Shown here in pieces: positions 14,653 through 27,700 of a stretch of DNA of 64,000 nucleotides. The translations under genes and the position numbers were made by a program. Origin of the DNA: Eledone cirrhosa (lineage: Eukaryota); contig OZ024742.1 in NCBI GenBank assembly GCA_964016885.1, forward strand, positions 346,084,001 to 346,148,000, in the 5' to 3' direction. Positions within the stretch are counted from its first letter, which is position 1. Each line of letters opens with the position of its first letter. Under the pieces are notes generated by a model that saw nothing but the letters and a program-made list of their open reading frames with translations, did no database searches and was not told the origin of the DNA.

Positions 14653-15545
14653 CACACACACCTTGGTATTATGCCAATACTATATATCATTTCACACCTT
14701 TTATTATTAAGGTTTTTGATGTTCTATTGAGAGAATCGATTTTACTGAAAATATCGAATGATGTACACCATTTTACCAGAAATAAAATACTGGTCCACCC
14801 ACACACACACAGACATTCTCTCTCACACACACACACACATATATATATACACACACACATACACACGCGTACATTAACATACAAAAGAGACATACACACA
14901 CACACACACACACTTCTCCGTATAAGACAAGAGCTGAAAAATATCTTTTAACATGTTAAAATATCCCCCACACACTTACAGACACATTTCTACTGACCAT
15001 CCCTCTACCAGGAATTACTCTGCTACACACACACACACACACACTTGTCTTAATAGGCATTTGAACTGTCAACAGGCTGCTGTTCGCACACACATCCCTG
15101 CTGACCATTACCACAACAACGAATCTCTTTACTACTACTACACACACACATATTTGTTGTGAAAGACTTATTTCTCAGTCAGCCGACACAAACCTACATT
15201 TGGCGCAAAATCAATTTTTTACATTCACATGACCTCTACCGACCAATCAAAATTGTTTTGACCACAAGAATTTTTGCAACACGAATTGGCGCAAAACTTA
15301 TTTTAATACCGCTGGAGCCACTTTTTTAACATAAAAACAGGTAGAATTCCCAAAACTAATCAGATCAGAGCAAACATCACGGACGCTCTATCTCAAAATT
15401 ATTTTTGAAAAGCATTAGAAATGCGCAACCGGTAAAACTTAAAACCAAAACTGAATACTAACCAATACTATTACTAATTCTCACTTATTCCTAATTAAAA
15501 TATTTTTCACTGTGAACAATTTGTCAGCATTTTCTATTCCGTTTA

Positions 15546-15596
<51 letters not shown>

Positions 15597-15885
15597 CTAT
15601 TTTTTTTTGCTTTTCCTTTTGAATTTCGTAACATATATATATATACACACACACACACATATATATATATATAAACGCGTGTATATATATATATAATAAA
15701 AATAAATTCAAATCTTACCTATTCTTTATCATCAAACGAAAAACAAGAAACTTAAAAAAAAATTATAGTTACATATATATATATGCGTATGTATGTGCGT
15801 ATATATACATATATATATATATATATATACATACATACATACGCACATATATACATATACACTCACATATATATCATATATATAC

Positions 15886-15974
<89 letters not shown>

Positions 15975-16097
15975 CAATATCGGAGAAAGCTTTTTAGCGA
16001 TACTCCGGCCAAATTCCAACTCACTCAACAAACATTAGGAAATAAGTGATTATATTCCCAATTATGCGTTCGGGGTACTATTATTTCATATGAGACA

Positions 16098-16196
<99 letters not shown>

Positions 16197-16297
16197 TATA
16201 TATCTTAAGGTTTGTTGGTTCACCACTGGATAGAAGTGGTCATTCCGTATGGTGAATCCTGGTGTAATATTGTGAAGAGTACTCAACGCAGTGTATT

Positions 16298-16362
<65 letters not shown>

Positions 16363-16570
16363 TAAAAATGAACAGAGAACAAATAACAGAGAGGCAGTAC
16401 AAATGAAATGGTTTTTAGTTTCACGCTTGAGAGTGGGGGGTATACATACATAAACACACACACACATATATATATATATATACACACACACTAAAAATAC
16501 TTTGATTTCTTTGAACTTTCTTGTTTTTCGTTTGATGATGAAGAATAGGTGATATTTGAATTTATTTATT

Positions 16571-16600
<30 letters not shown>

Positions 16601-16601
<1 letters not shown>

Positions 16602-17715
16602 CAGTTGCATTTATCTTGCTTTATGTTCATACGAGTTATCACCTATTCACAACCAGTGACCTCAAGAGACAACAAGGTCCGCCATGTTCAAGAAAGAACA
16701 TACATACTCACACATGCATCTTTAGTGTTTAGACTTGTGATGTACTTATATTGACAGAATCTTCCTTAGTATATGGGCAGTTCCCATTAGTACTATCTTT
16801 TGTATTTCTCCTATACGCGGGTTTCCTGGGATTTGCGATAAGTAATCATTAGACCCTTAGGTATCATTCCCAGAGCGCCTACAACCACTGGTATTGTTTT
16901 AGTTCTCAATTTCCACATTTTTCCAATTTCTATCTCCAGGTCCTTATACTTGCTCAATTTTTCAAATGTTTTTATAGATACATTCTTGTCTATTGGAACA
17001 GACATATCAATTAGCAGGCATACCCTATTTTTAAAGTCCTTCAATATTATATCAGGTCTATTTGCATCTATTTTTCGGTCTGTTTGGATGCTAAAGTTCC
17101 ACAAGATTGAGATGTGATCTTTTTCAAGTATGGGAGGTGGTTGATGCTCCCACCAATTCTTTTGATGGGGCAGGTCAAAATGCTTACACATTATCCAATG
17201 TATGTATTATGCAGCTCTGTCATGCCTGTTTAGGTATTCGTTTGGAGCTATAGGACTGCACATTGAAAGTATATGATCAATGGTCTCTGGTTGTTTTTTG
17301 CATACACGGCATAATGGGCTGCATCCATTTTTTATTATGTTGGCTTGGTAATTTTTTGTTGGCAGACACTGATCTTGTGCTGATATAATCAGTCCTTCAG
17401 TCTCCGATTTCAGTCCAGAGAATGCCAACCACTGATGGGTTAAAGTTTTGTCAACATCAGGATTGTTAGCTCGTTCTGGGTATTTTCCATACAGAGGCTT
17501 TTCTTGCCATTTCTTAGCCAGTTTCTGTAGCAGTTCTTTCTTTGCAGTTACTTTTACCTGCTTTGCTTTTTCTGTGTTTTCCATTTCAGCAGTAAATGGG
17601 ACTTCTGAAATTTGTAGTCCATTACTGTATCTTTGTGCATATTTTGTAATGGAATATGATCTTTTGATGCTTTCGTGTTTCTAAACGAGTTTGATCATCC
17701 AATCATGTGATTCCC

Positions 17716-17718
<3 letters not shown>
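16601..17718 (-). mobile_element. R4/Dong-like non-LTR element, 5'-truncated copy A
   Basis: Near-identical to 24755-25869; CCHC finger and RPD..D..K restriction-like endonuclease fragments; flanked by (TTA)n on both sides. Confidence 0.93.
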
Positions 17719-17744
<26 letters not shown>

Positions 17745-17746
<2 letters not shown>

Positions 17747-19456
17747 AGTTGCATTTTTCTTGCTTTATGTTCATACGAGTTATCACCAAGTCACAACCAG
17801 TGACCTCAAGAGACAACAAGGTCCGCCATGTTCAAGAAAGAACATACATACTCACACATGCATCTTTAGTGTTTAGACTTGTGATGTACTTATATTGACA
17901 GAATCTTCCTTAGTATATGTGCAGTTCCCATTAGTACTATCTTTTGTATTTCTCCTATACGCGGGTTTCCTGGAATTTGCGATAAGTAATCAATAGACCC
18001 CTTAGGTATCATTCCCAGAGCGCCTACAACCACTGGTATTGTTTTAGTTCTCAATTTCCACATTTTTCCAATTTCTATCTCCAGGTCCTTATACTTGCTT
18101 AATTTTTCAAATGTTTTTATAGATACATTCTTGTCTATTGGAACAGACATATCAATTAGCAGGCATACCCTCTTTTTAAAGTCCTTCAATATTATATCAG
18201 GTCTATTTGCATCTATTTTTCGGTCTGTTTGGATGCTAAAGTTCCACAGGATTGAGGTGTGATCTTTTTCAAGTATGGGAGGTGGTTGATGCTCCCACCA
18301 ATTCTTTTGATGGGGCAGGTCAAAATGCTTACACATTATCCAATGTATGTATTGTGCAAAGGGCCTTTGTAGCACGGCCAGGGGGTTCTGTCTATTATAT
18401 AGGGTAGGCTTGATCGGACGAGCTCGAAGAAAACGATTCCGGGTGCTACCCGTCGAGAGTCGTGAATATTCCGTTTTCAAGACGGGTACGTGACGGCTTA
18501 CCCTATGCTATGTCGGATGTCTCCGCCTCGACGACATGCCGTCCAGAACTCGTCCGCCCCGCATGCACATTAACGCCCGCCCTCCGCCTCCGCTCCGTAT
18601 TCCGCCTCCGATGCGTGTTCTGCCGTAAAGTCGTGCCAAGTTGGCCGCCTCCGACCCGTGTGGCTGCAGGGGAATCCAGCCGATGACGACGCCCGGACGG
18701 CGGCGTGGTGTAGCTTGGTCGATGAGACGACAACACGCCGCCAACTTGCTTCCTTCGGGGAGGCCCCGTGTAGACGGCGGAAAGAAATCCATTCCGCCGG
18801 CTAGGCGGTTCCGCCGCCGACCCGTACTTTTACGAGTAGCTGCCGGCAAGACGGCGTGTATACGCGAAGCGAGGCGAAGTTCCCCGACGCGACACGACGC
18901 CTTCCGTCTTCCGCCTGGAACCCGGCAAACGTTCCTTTATTCGTTCACGCCTTCCCGCTTCGATCGCGGTAAGAAATCCATTCCGCCGGCTAGGCGGTTC
19001 CGCCGCCGACCCGTACTTTTACGAGTAGCTGCCGGGAAAGACAGGCGGCAAGACGGCGTGTATTCCCGTCGCGAGGCGAAGTTCCGCGACGCGACACGAC
19101 GCCTTCCGTCTTCCGCCTCGAACCCGGCAAACGTTCCTTTATTCGTCCACGCCTTCCCGCTTCGATCGCGGAAAGAAATCCAATCTGCCTGTTTAGGTAT
19201 TCGGTTGGAGCTATAGGACTGCACATTGAAATTATATGGTCAATGGTCTCTGGTTGTTTTTTGCATACACGGCATAATGGGCTGCATCCATTTTTTATTA
19301 TGTTGGCTTGGTAATTTTTTGTTGGCAGACCCTGATCTTGTGCTGATATAATCAGTCCTTCAGTCTCCGATTTCAGTCCAGAGGATGCCAACCACAGATG
19401 GGTTAAAGTTTTGTCAACATCAGGATTGTTAGCTCGCTCTGGGTATTTTCCATACA
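17745..19456 (-). mobile_element. R4/Dong-like non-LTR element, 5'-truncated copy B, interrupted by an 827-bp insert
   Basis: Matches the 3' end of the full copy on both sides of 18359-19185; flanked by (TTA)n. Confidence 0.93.
18359..19185. other. GC/CpG-rich inserted fragment with ~190-200-bp internal repeats; origin unknown (possibly rDNA spacer/ETS)
   Basis: Replaces GCTCTGTCA of the R4 sequence; no TSD; GCGG[A/T]AAGAAATCCA repeat starts at 18777, 18966, 19168. Confidence 0.75.
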
Positions 19457-19496
<40 letters not shown>

Positions 19497-19702
19497 GGCG
19501 ACCTACGTAGTAAATCGTATCATCGTAAGCTCCGCAAAGGTTTGTTATTTCCGTTTGTTAAAAATTGTCATTTATGGAAAATTTTATTGTTAACTGTTTA
19601 TAAGCGCACATACATTGTTTTCCGAAAAGGACACCCAAAAAGATTGGGGCCTTGTGCCCAAAATTTAAACTTTTATTATTATCAAAAATTTCTTTGAAAA
19701 AA

Positions 19703-21698
19703 ATGGCTAATTCACCTCTGCAACAAGCAGCTGAAAGCCTTCCTCACAAATTAACACCTCACACCGACACCACCATTGTAAATGTTACTACGTTTGCCAA
19801 CACAAAAAAAAATATAAGCAGTAGCAATATTTTAAATTTGTCTCAGGCAGACATTCATTTCCCGCCATTACCAATGACTGCAGGTGTTAAAGCCTCCACC
19901 ACCACCACCACCACCGCGACAACCCCCACCCCCACCACCACCGCGACAACAGAAACAAAAGAAGAAAAATATAAATTAACTCGTGATGTCGAAATGAAAT
20001 CAAGCAAAATGGACTCTTCCGCACCAAAGACGACTGACGTCACCACCACCACAACTGAAACTAAAATTAATATTAACACAAATAACGATAGCAACAACAA
20101 CAACAATGACATTATAAAACCGACCCTCAGTTTCGCCATAGTAGCAAAACAGTTCGAAGCATTCACGGTAACTCAAGAGGATTTAGAAAATGCCAAACAA
20201 ATGGTAAAGAAAGATGGGTACAGGGTCAGCCTCACCCCCCACCTAATAAAATGGAGCATCGGCGCCTATGCACCGTGTCGTATAGAACAATAAATGTAAA
20301 ATCGCGCCGAGTGGAACGGGCATCCGAGTCCCAAATCCAAAAAGCTTTGGGACATGTGTGGGCAAGAAAAACCCACATCAGACGTGGGCAAAAGTATGGA
20401 ACCGTGGATGTGTTCTTTGAAACACCAGAGGAGGCTAGAGAACACTCCATGGCCCCATTAAAAAGTGACGACTTCACACTCGTCCCAAGCTATTGTGGCC
20501 AGAGACTCGTAAAGATCAGGGTGACCCACGTTCCACCGGCCATCGAAATTCCCTGGCTAATAGCGGCTGTCCTCGCCGGCATCGAAGCCAACACGAAAAT
20601 AATAGCAATAGCAAAAGAAAAGCAGGAAAACTGGTCCGGATCTGGAATGGAGCTCCTGATCCAAGCGGACCAAAAAAGCATTGAGGAGATCCCAGAAGTA
20701 ATAGACCTCACTGACGGCAGCCACCTCACCATAATTGTCGAGGGCAGAAGACCTAGGTGTGTCGTTTGTGGTGAAGGAACCCACCTAAGGGCTTTCTGCC
20801 CTCAGGCTAAAAGGTTGAGGCCACCTCTCCTACCCACCCCAGTGACACAACCATCAACACCACCAGTAGCAGAGATGGCAGCAACAACTGTAGCAGCAAC
20901 AACAGAAGCAACTATAACAGCAACAACCCCAGCAACAGTAGCAAAACCAACACCACTACCACCACCAGCAAAACCAACACCACCACCACCCAACGCTTCA
21001 GAACTAGCACCAGCGCCTACACCATCCACCACGCCACAACCAAAACAAACGGCTGTGGAGGATTTTCCACTCCCCGGCCTATCACAACTGGAGACAGATT
21101 GTGACGACGAGGAGTGGGAAACGATATCCGGAAAAAAAAAGAAACCAAAAAAGAAAAAAATTCTCTTCCTTCCCCCTCCAAAAACAAAATACAGAGGAAA
21201 ACAAATAAACTAAGAAACAAAAAAGTTAGGACAGATATGCCACCATCCACACCAGCATCACCAACCCCATCAACCCAAACACCAACACCATCACCATCAT
21301 TAACTCCAACACCACCATCACCTACACCACAAAAGTCACCAAAATGCGAAACAGAAACAAACCCACAACAAACGCAAACAAAACAAAACAACCAAAACGA
21401 TACACACTACACAGCATTAAATTTGAACAAGAAGCAATTATTAAACTACATCCAACACAATACCAGCATCACAGAAAAAGACTACACAACAACCCCAAAA
21501 TTCACACCACCTCCACACATACAAATCACTCGCATCACACAGAAAACGTACATGACACTAAAACAAAAATTCCCCAAAGACATCGGAGACTTCCGACAAG
21601 CACTCTCCAGGAGGATTTATAAGGACATCCTTCCTGAGGAGGCCACAAGCAGTGAAAAGGATGGTAAAACCGTCCTTCCCCTACGAGAAGTAAGGTAA
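19703..21698 (+). pseudogene. Tx1-like ORF1 (gag-like zinc knuckle, Pro/Thr-rich), frameshifted in homopolymers
   Basis: CVVCGEGTHLRAFC = CX2CX4HX4C; split across ORFs 19652, 20251 and 21114. Confidence 0.8.
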
Positions 21699-21732
21699 GT
21701 GGTCTTTCCCATCTTTTCCACTCCTTTTCAAC

Positions 21733-24433
21733 ATGACCTCACTCAGAATAGGCAGCATAAATGCGCGTGGCTTGGGGTCGCCATGGAAGCAGGGCCACCT
21801 GCTCAACGACCTCAGGTCACTAAACATAGATGTAGTGGCCATCAGCGAGACCAGAGTCTCCGAAGCACAGGCTTTCGCACCGATCTTCGGCGGCTACGAT
21901 GTGTACGCATCTCCCAGCCGTCCGGCATCGGGGGGAGGAGTTGCTGTGCTTTTTCGGAGAGGTTTGGATCTTGCCATACGGGCCATCTTCCTGGACCCGG
22001 AAGGTAAGTTGGTGGTGCTGGATGTGACCAGCGGAGACGGGCAAGCTTTCAGGTTAGTGGCCGTCTATGCCCCGACAGGAGCAGGGCGGCCTGATTTCTT
22101 CCGGCGTCTGGAGACCTTTCTTGGAACGTCCCGCTCTTTAGTGTTAGTGGGCGACTGGAACGGGATCTTAGATGCACGCTGGGATTGTGTGGGATTAGTG
22201 GATAGGGAAGGAGGGTACAAGAGTCTCACCAACCTGCTCAGACGTTTTGAACTGTTTGACAGGTACCGAATGGATTTCCCGAATGTACCAATGTGGATTT
22301 GGACAAATCGCATAGGGTCATCCAGATCATATCTAGATAGAGTATTTTGTAGGGAAATAGATAGGTCTAGCATAGGCTGTCCACAATTCAAGATAGTCAG
22401 CTACACGGACCACAAATTCGTGATCTGTGTGCTTGACTTAGATAGGCTTCATAGACGAGGACCCGGCTACTCGAAGCTAAACGCGTCCTTACCAGCGCGC
22501 AAGGCCTACAGAGACCGGATTAGCGAACTAGTTAAGCGGGCGTTGACGGGGGCCATCGTCAACAACAAGTGGTGGTTTGCTCTGAAAAGAGCAATTAGAA
22601 TAGAGTCCATTAGGTTTAGTAAGACTTTAGCAATAGAGAAAAATAGAGCAAAGGGAGAATTAGTTAGAAAATTAGATGAGGCGCTTAGCAAAGGCATCGC
22701 GACCGACGTACTTGCGGCGAAATTGGCCCTTGACCACGATCCGGTCTTTGGTGGACCACGACTGGCGCATGCTACTCGATCCCGGGCAAATGTGTGAAGC
22801 TTTTCAGCGACACTTCGCTCAACTGTTCGGGGGCAGTGGCGGGCCGGATCGAGGGATGGACTTTAGTGTCTACCTCGACGGACTGCCGCGGCTTTCGGCC
22901 ACTGAGGCGGAGTGTTGCGAAAAGCCGATAACAACCGCTGAAGTACGGGATGCAATGACTAGTTGCACAAGGGGTAAATCGCCTTGTTTGGATGGTCTGC
23001 CCTATGAACTTTACGTACAAATGCCAAACTTGTTCGGAGGCCTCTTGGCGGACGTCTAATGCAACTGGCAACAGAACGGGAGAATTCCCAGCTCTGTGAG
23101 CCGAGGAGCGGTGGCGCTGCTGAGAAAGGATCCGAACAAGGGGGATTACATAGATAATTTTAGGCCCATAACTCTGCTAAACACAGAGTTCAAGATTTTG
23201 GCCAAGGTGCTAGCAAAGAGGTTGGCGCTTGTCGTTGGTGGTCTGGTGGGAGAGGCACAGACATGCGCCATTCCCGACAGATCCATCCACGACAACCTCC
23301 ACCTCATGCGATACATCATAGAGAGGGTAGCTAGGGAACCTGGCACGGGTGGGTCTTTGATCAATTTAGATCAGTCGAAAGCCTTCGATAAGGTCGACCA
23401 TCGTTACCTAGCGGCAGTCCTGAGAGCGGCTGGCTTTGGGCCCGTCTTCAGAGGCTGGATCGCTGCCATGCACAGCAACATCTGCTCTGTAGTGAGAGTG
23501 AACGGTCACCTTTCGGAACCGTTCAACATGATGCGCTCGGTCCGCCAAGGATGTCCCCTCTCGTCCCTATTGTACGTATTGACTCTTGAGCCATTACTGC
23601 ACAAACTGGAGACGTTGAGGGGGTTCCCGCGCGAACTAGGATGCGGAAGATCCGTGTCAGCATATGCCGACGATGTCACCGTAGTGGTGTCGAACGCCAA
23701 ACACATCGAGGCGATCGGCACTACACTAAGAGAATACGAAGCGGTGACAGGAGCAATGATCAACCAGGAAAAGTCAGTGGGCCTGCAGCTCGGCACCTGG
23801 AGAGGCAGGTACATGCCGTCCAACAGCGTCGTCGGGCGCTGGACGGACCGACCGGTTAAATTGCTAGGGGTCTGGTTCGGTCCAGACCTCCAGACGGACA
23901 AAAACTGGGACGAGGTGACGAGCAGGGTGGCTTCTCTCACCCAGAAATGGGCCGAGAGGAAGCTATCCCTGAAAGGTCGAGCGGAGGTGGCTAACGCGTA
24001 CATCGCGTCCGTCATCTACTACCGCCTGACCGTCGTATCTTGTCCTAAGCCCCGCCTGACTGCGCTGGAGCGTTTGCTCTTTCGCTTCTTCTGGAAGGGA
24101 CGCGCTCCGATGGTCAGGCGGTCCATCTGCTGTCAACACCCGCTACGTGGCGGGCTGGGCATGCCGTGGCTGATGATGCGCAGACACGCGCTCAGGCTAC
24201 GACATCTCCACCTCTTCCTCGAGGGTGATCAGGTGTGGTCGCCGTTTGCTAGACACGTTTTTCCCCAGCTCGTCTCCTTGACGGAGCTGCAGTCCTGGGT
24301 CAAGCGAAGACCGAGAGGGAGCGCTTGGAGATTGGGATGTCTTCAGGCGCTCACAGCCCTCGACCAACCGGGCAATGTGATCGGTGGAAACTCCACCTTG
24401 GCGTTCTATAGGGGATTAGTGGAGGGGAAGAGC
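21733..24433 (+). pseudogene. Tx1-like ORF2 (APE endonuclease + reverse transcriptase), disrupted
   Basis: INARGL, ISET, VYAP, GDWN, YLDR, TDH (APE); NFRPITLLN, DQSKAFD, QGCPLS, YADD (RT); ~120-bp deletion near 22735 and a stop at ~23057. Confidence 0.92.
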
Positions 24434-24754
24434 AATATATATTATTATCATTTGATAATGCTTAAAAATGCTGAAACTGGTAATAGACAATTATTAAATA
24501 AATAAATAAATAAATAAATGCCATTGTTAATTAATAAATAAATCAACTAATACCTTAACACTTCACACAAAGTAAAATATTTCGTTTTAATCATTTTCTA
24601 ACCCAGAAAAAAAGAGAGAAATAAATAAAAAGGGAAAAAATTATTTTTTTCTTCCTTCCTAATAATCGTCTTTTTCTCCCTGTTTTCATATATATATATA
24701 TCCTAACATGTGTGCTTCCTCTCCACATTTTATTATTATTATTATTATTATTAT

Positions 24755-27700
24755 TTGCATTTATCTTGCTTTATGTTTATACGAGTTATCACCAAGTCAC
24801 AACCAGTGACCTCAAGAGACAACAAGGTCCGCCATGTTCAAGAAAGAACACACATATTCACACATGCATCCTTAGTGTTTAGACTTGTGATGTACTTATA
24901 TTGACAGGATCTTCCTTAGTATATGGGCAGTTCCCATTAGTACTATCTTTTGTATTTCTCCTATACGCGGGTTTCCTGGGATTTGCGATAAGTAGTCGTT
25001 AGACCCCTTAGGTATCATTCCCAGAGCGCCTACAACCACTGGTATTGTTTTAGTTCTCAATTTCCACATTTTTCCAATTTCTATCTCCAGGTCCTTATAC
25101 TTGCTCAATTTTTCAAATGTTTTTATAGATACATTCTTGTCTATTGGAACAGACATATCAATTAGCAGGCATACCCTCCTTTGAAAGTCCTTCAATATTA
25201 TATCAGGTCTATTTGCATCTATTTTTCGGTCTGTTTGGATGCTAAAGTTCCACAAGATTGAGATGTGATCTTTTTCAAGTATGGGAAGTGGTTGATGCTC
25301 CCACCAATTCTTTTGATGGGGCAGGTCAAAATGCTTACACATTATCCAATGTATGTATTGTGCAGCTCTGTCATGCCTGTTTAGGTATTCGGTTGGAGCT
25401 ATAGGACTGCACATTGAAATTATATGGTCAATGGTCTCTGGTTGTTTTTTGCATACACGGCATAATGGGCTGCACCCATTTTTTATTATGTTGGCTTGGT
25501 AATTTTTTGTTGGCAGACACTGATCTTGTGCGGAGATAATCAGTCCTTCAGTCTCCGATTTCAGTCCAGAGGATGCCAACCACTGATGGGTTAAAGTTTT
25601 GTCAACATCAGGATTGTTAGCTCGCTCTGGGTATTTTCCATACAGAGGCTTTTCTTGCCATTTCTTAGCCAGTTTCTGTAGCAGTTCTTTCTTTGCAGTT
25701 ACTTTTACCTGCTTTGCTTTTTCTGTGTTTTCCATTTCAGCAGTAAATGGGACTTCTGAAATTTGTAGTCCATTACTGTATCTTTGTGCATCTTTTGTAA
25801 TGGAATATGATCTTTTGGTGCTTTCGTGTTTCAAAACGAGTTTGATCATCCAATCATGTGATTCCCTTAGATATGTGGATAATCCAATTGTTGCAGTTTT
25901 CAACGCAATGTCTAACTGGATTAACCCACGTCCTCCTTCTTTCCTAGGGAGATATATTCTATCTATGTCTGCCTTAGGGTGATGCATTCTGTGCATGGTT
26001 AAGAATTTTCGGATTTTTGTATCGAGCCTACGGATCTCTGTGCTTGACCAGTTGATGACATTGTAACTGTAGGTTACTACTGGTATGGCAAGCGTGTTTA
26101 TGGCATCGATCCTATTCCTTGCATTCAATTCCGTTCTTAAGATTGCTCTGACTCTGCGGTAACATTCCTTCCTTATCCTTTCCCTCATTGTCGAGTGCTT
26201 GATTCCGTCTCCTTCACAAACACCTAGATATTTGTAAGTTTGTTCTTGATCAAGCTCTCTTATCACGTTCCCCCGATCAAGATTAATGTCTGAACTCTTC
26301 AGCAGCTTTCCTCTGGTGAACGTTGCTTTGGCGCATTTATCCAGTCCAAACTCCATTTTAATGTCATCACTGAACTGCTTCACAGTGGATAATAGCCCTT
26401 GCAATTGTTCATCATTTTTTGCGAATAGTTTCAGGTCATCCATGTAGAACAGGTGATTAATGGTTTTGTCATAGACTCTATATCCATGTTTTGTTTCATT
26501 GAGCATTTTACTTAATGGTATAAGTGCGATGCAGAATAAAAGCGGTGATAAAGAGTCGCCCTGAAAAATTCCACAATTAATGTTAACTTCTCCAGCTTCC
26601 AGTGATTTTGTTTCACTATTCAAAAGGAGTGTCGTTCTCCATGTCCTCATACTGAATGACAAAAACCTCCTGACAACGGGGGATATTTTGAAAATCTCTA
26701 AACATTTTTCAATCCAACTGTGTGGCAAACTATCAAATGCTTTTTTATAATCTATCCAAGCAATCGATAGATTTTTGTGTCTATTATGACAATCTTCCAG
26801 TATCATTTTGTTAACCAGAAGCTGATCCTTACAGCCATATGAGCCTCGTTTACACCCTTTCTGCTCAATGGGAAATAGGTCATTTGTTATCAGGTGGTCA
26901 TATGTGTATTCAGTTAGGACTGATGTTAAAATTTTATACATTGTGGTCAAGCAGGTTATCGGTCTGTAATTTTTGGGATTGTTTGTCTCATCATTCTTCG
27001 GTAGCAGGAATGTAATGCCGTTAACTAGCCATGATGGTATCTTTTCTGGCTCCTTAACTATTTCATTGTAAAGTTGGGCCAACAGCTCATGAGACTCTGT
27101 GAAGGCATTTATCCAAAAGTTTTGTATTTTGTCTTTTCCTGGGGATTTCCATTTGCTGGTTTTTCTTAGAGCCAAGCGCAGCTGTTCAACTGTTATATTT
27201 TCCCATGTTTGTTCTTCAAGGTGAGCTGTTTCTTTCATTTGTCTGTCTATCCATGGGGCATGTATGTTATGAACTTTTTCTTCGGCCCAGATCTTTTCCC
27301 AGAATTCTTGCACTTCCTCCTTGGGTGGTATTGATTTAGCAGTTATTGTTGACTTACCAATTTTTCTGTAGAAGTTTCTTTGGTTGTTTTTGAACATATT
27401 ATTGTCCTTATAGAATCTAGATCGTTTTTCAAAGCGCCTTATACGAGCAGCTTTGGCCGACACTTTTTGCTTGATTGTTTCTATCAGCATGTCTATGTCA
27501 CATGTTGATCTTATACTGTACTTTTTTTTCAATTTTCTAAGTTTAGTTTGTTTAACATGTTCACCTACTTTATAGTTTGTTAAAATTTCTATGTCAGATC
27601 GGAGAAGGTTTATTTGGCGATTGATGTTATCTTGCCAAGTAGATTTCTTGTGGGAATTCCTTTGTTTTTTCATCTTCACTCCACATAAGTGAGTGGTGAC

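Larger units (their letters stand above)
19497..24433 (+). mobile_element. Tx1-like (L1 group) LINE copy 1, lacking its 3' end
   Basis: Starts GGCGACCTACG right after (TTA)n; ORF1 and ORF2 remnants; stops abruptly at GGAAGAGC. Confidence 0.93.

Noticed and set aside
15398-15440. Hammerhead relic TTGAAAA-GCATT-aga-AATGC-GCAA-CCGGTA
   Set aside because: Three core mismatches and weak stem I; at most a dead remnant
18462-19224. Arg/Pro-rich ORFs in the GC-rich insert
   Set aside because: Expected by chance in GC-rich repeats; no recognisable domain
20230-21170. Programmed frameshifts in Tx1 ORF1
   Set aside because: Breaks fall in C and A homopolymers whose lengths differ between copies (6 vs 5 C; 7 restores frame), so slippage or sequencing error is more likely
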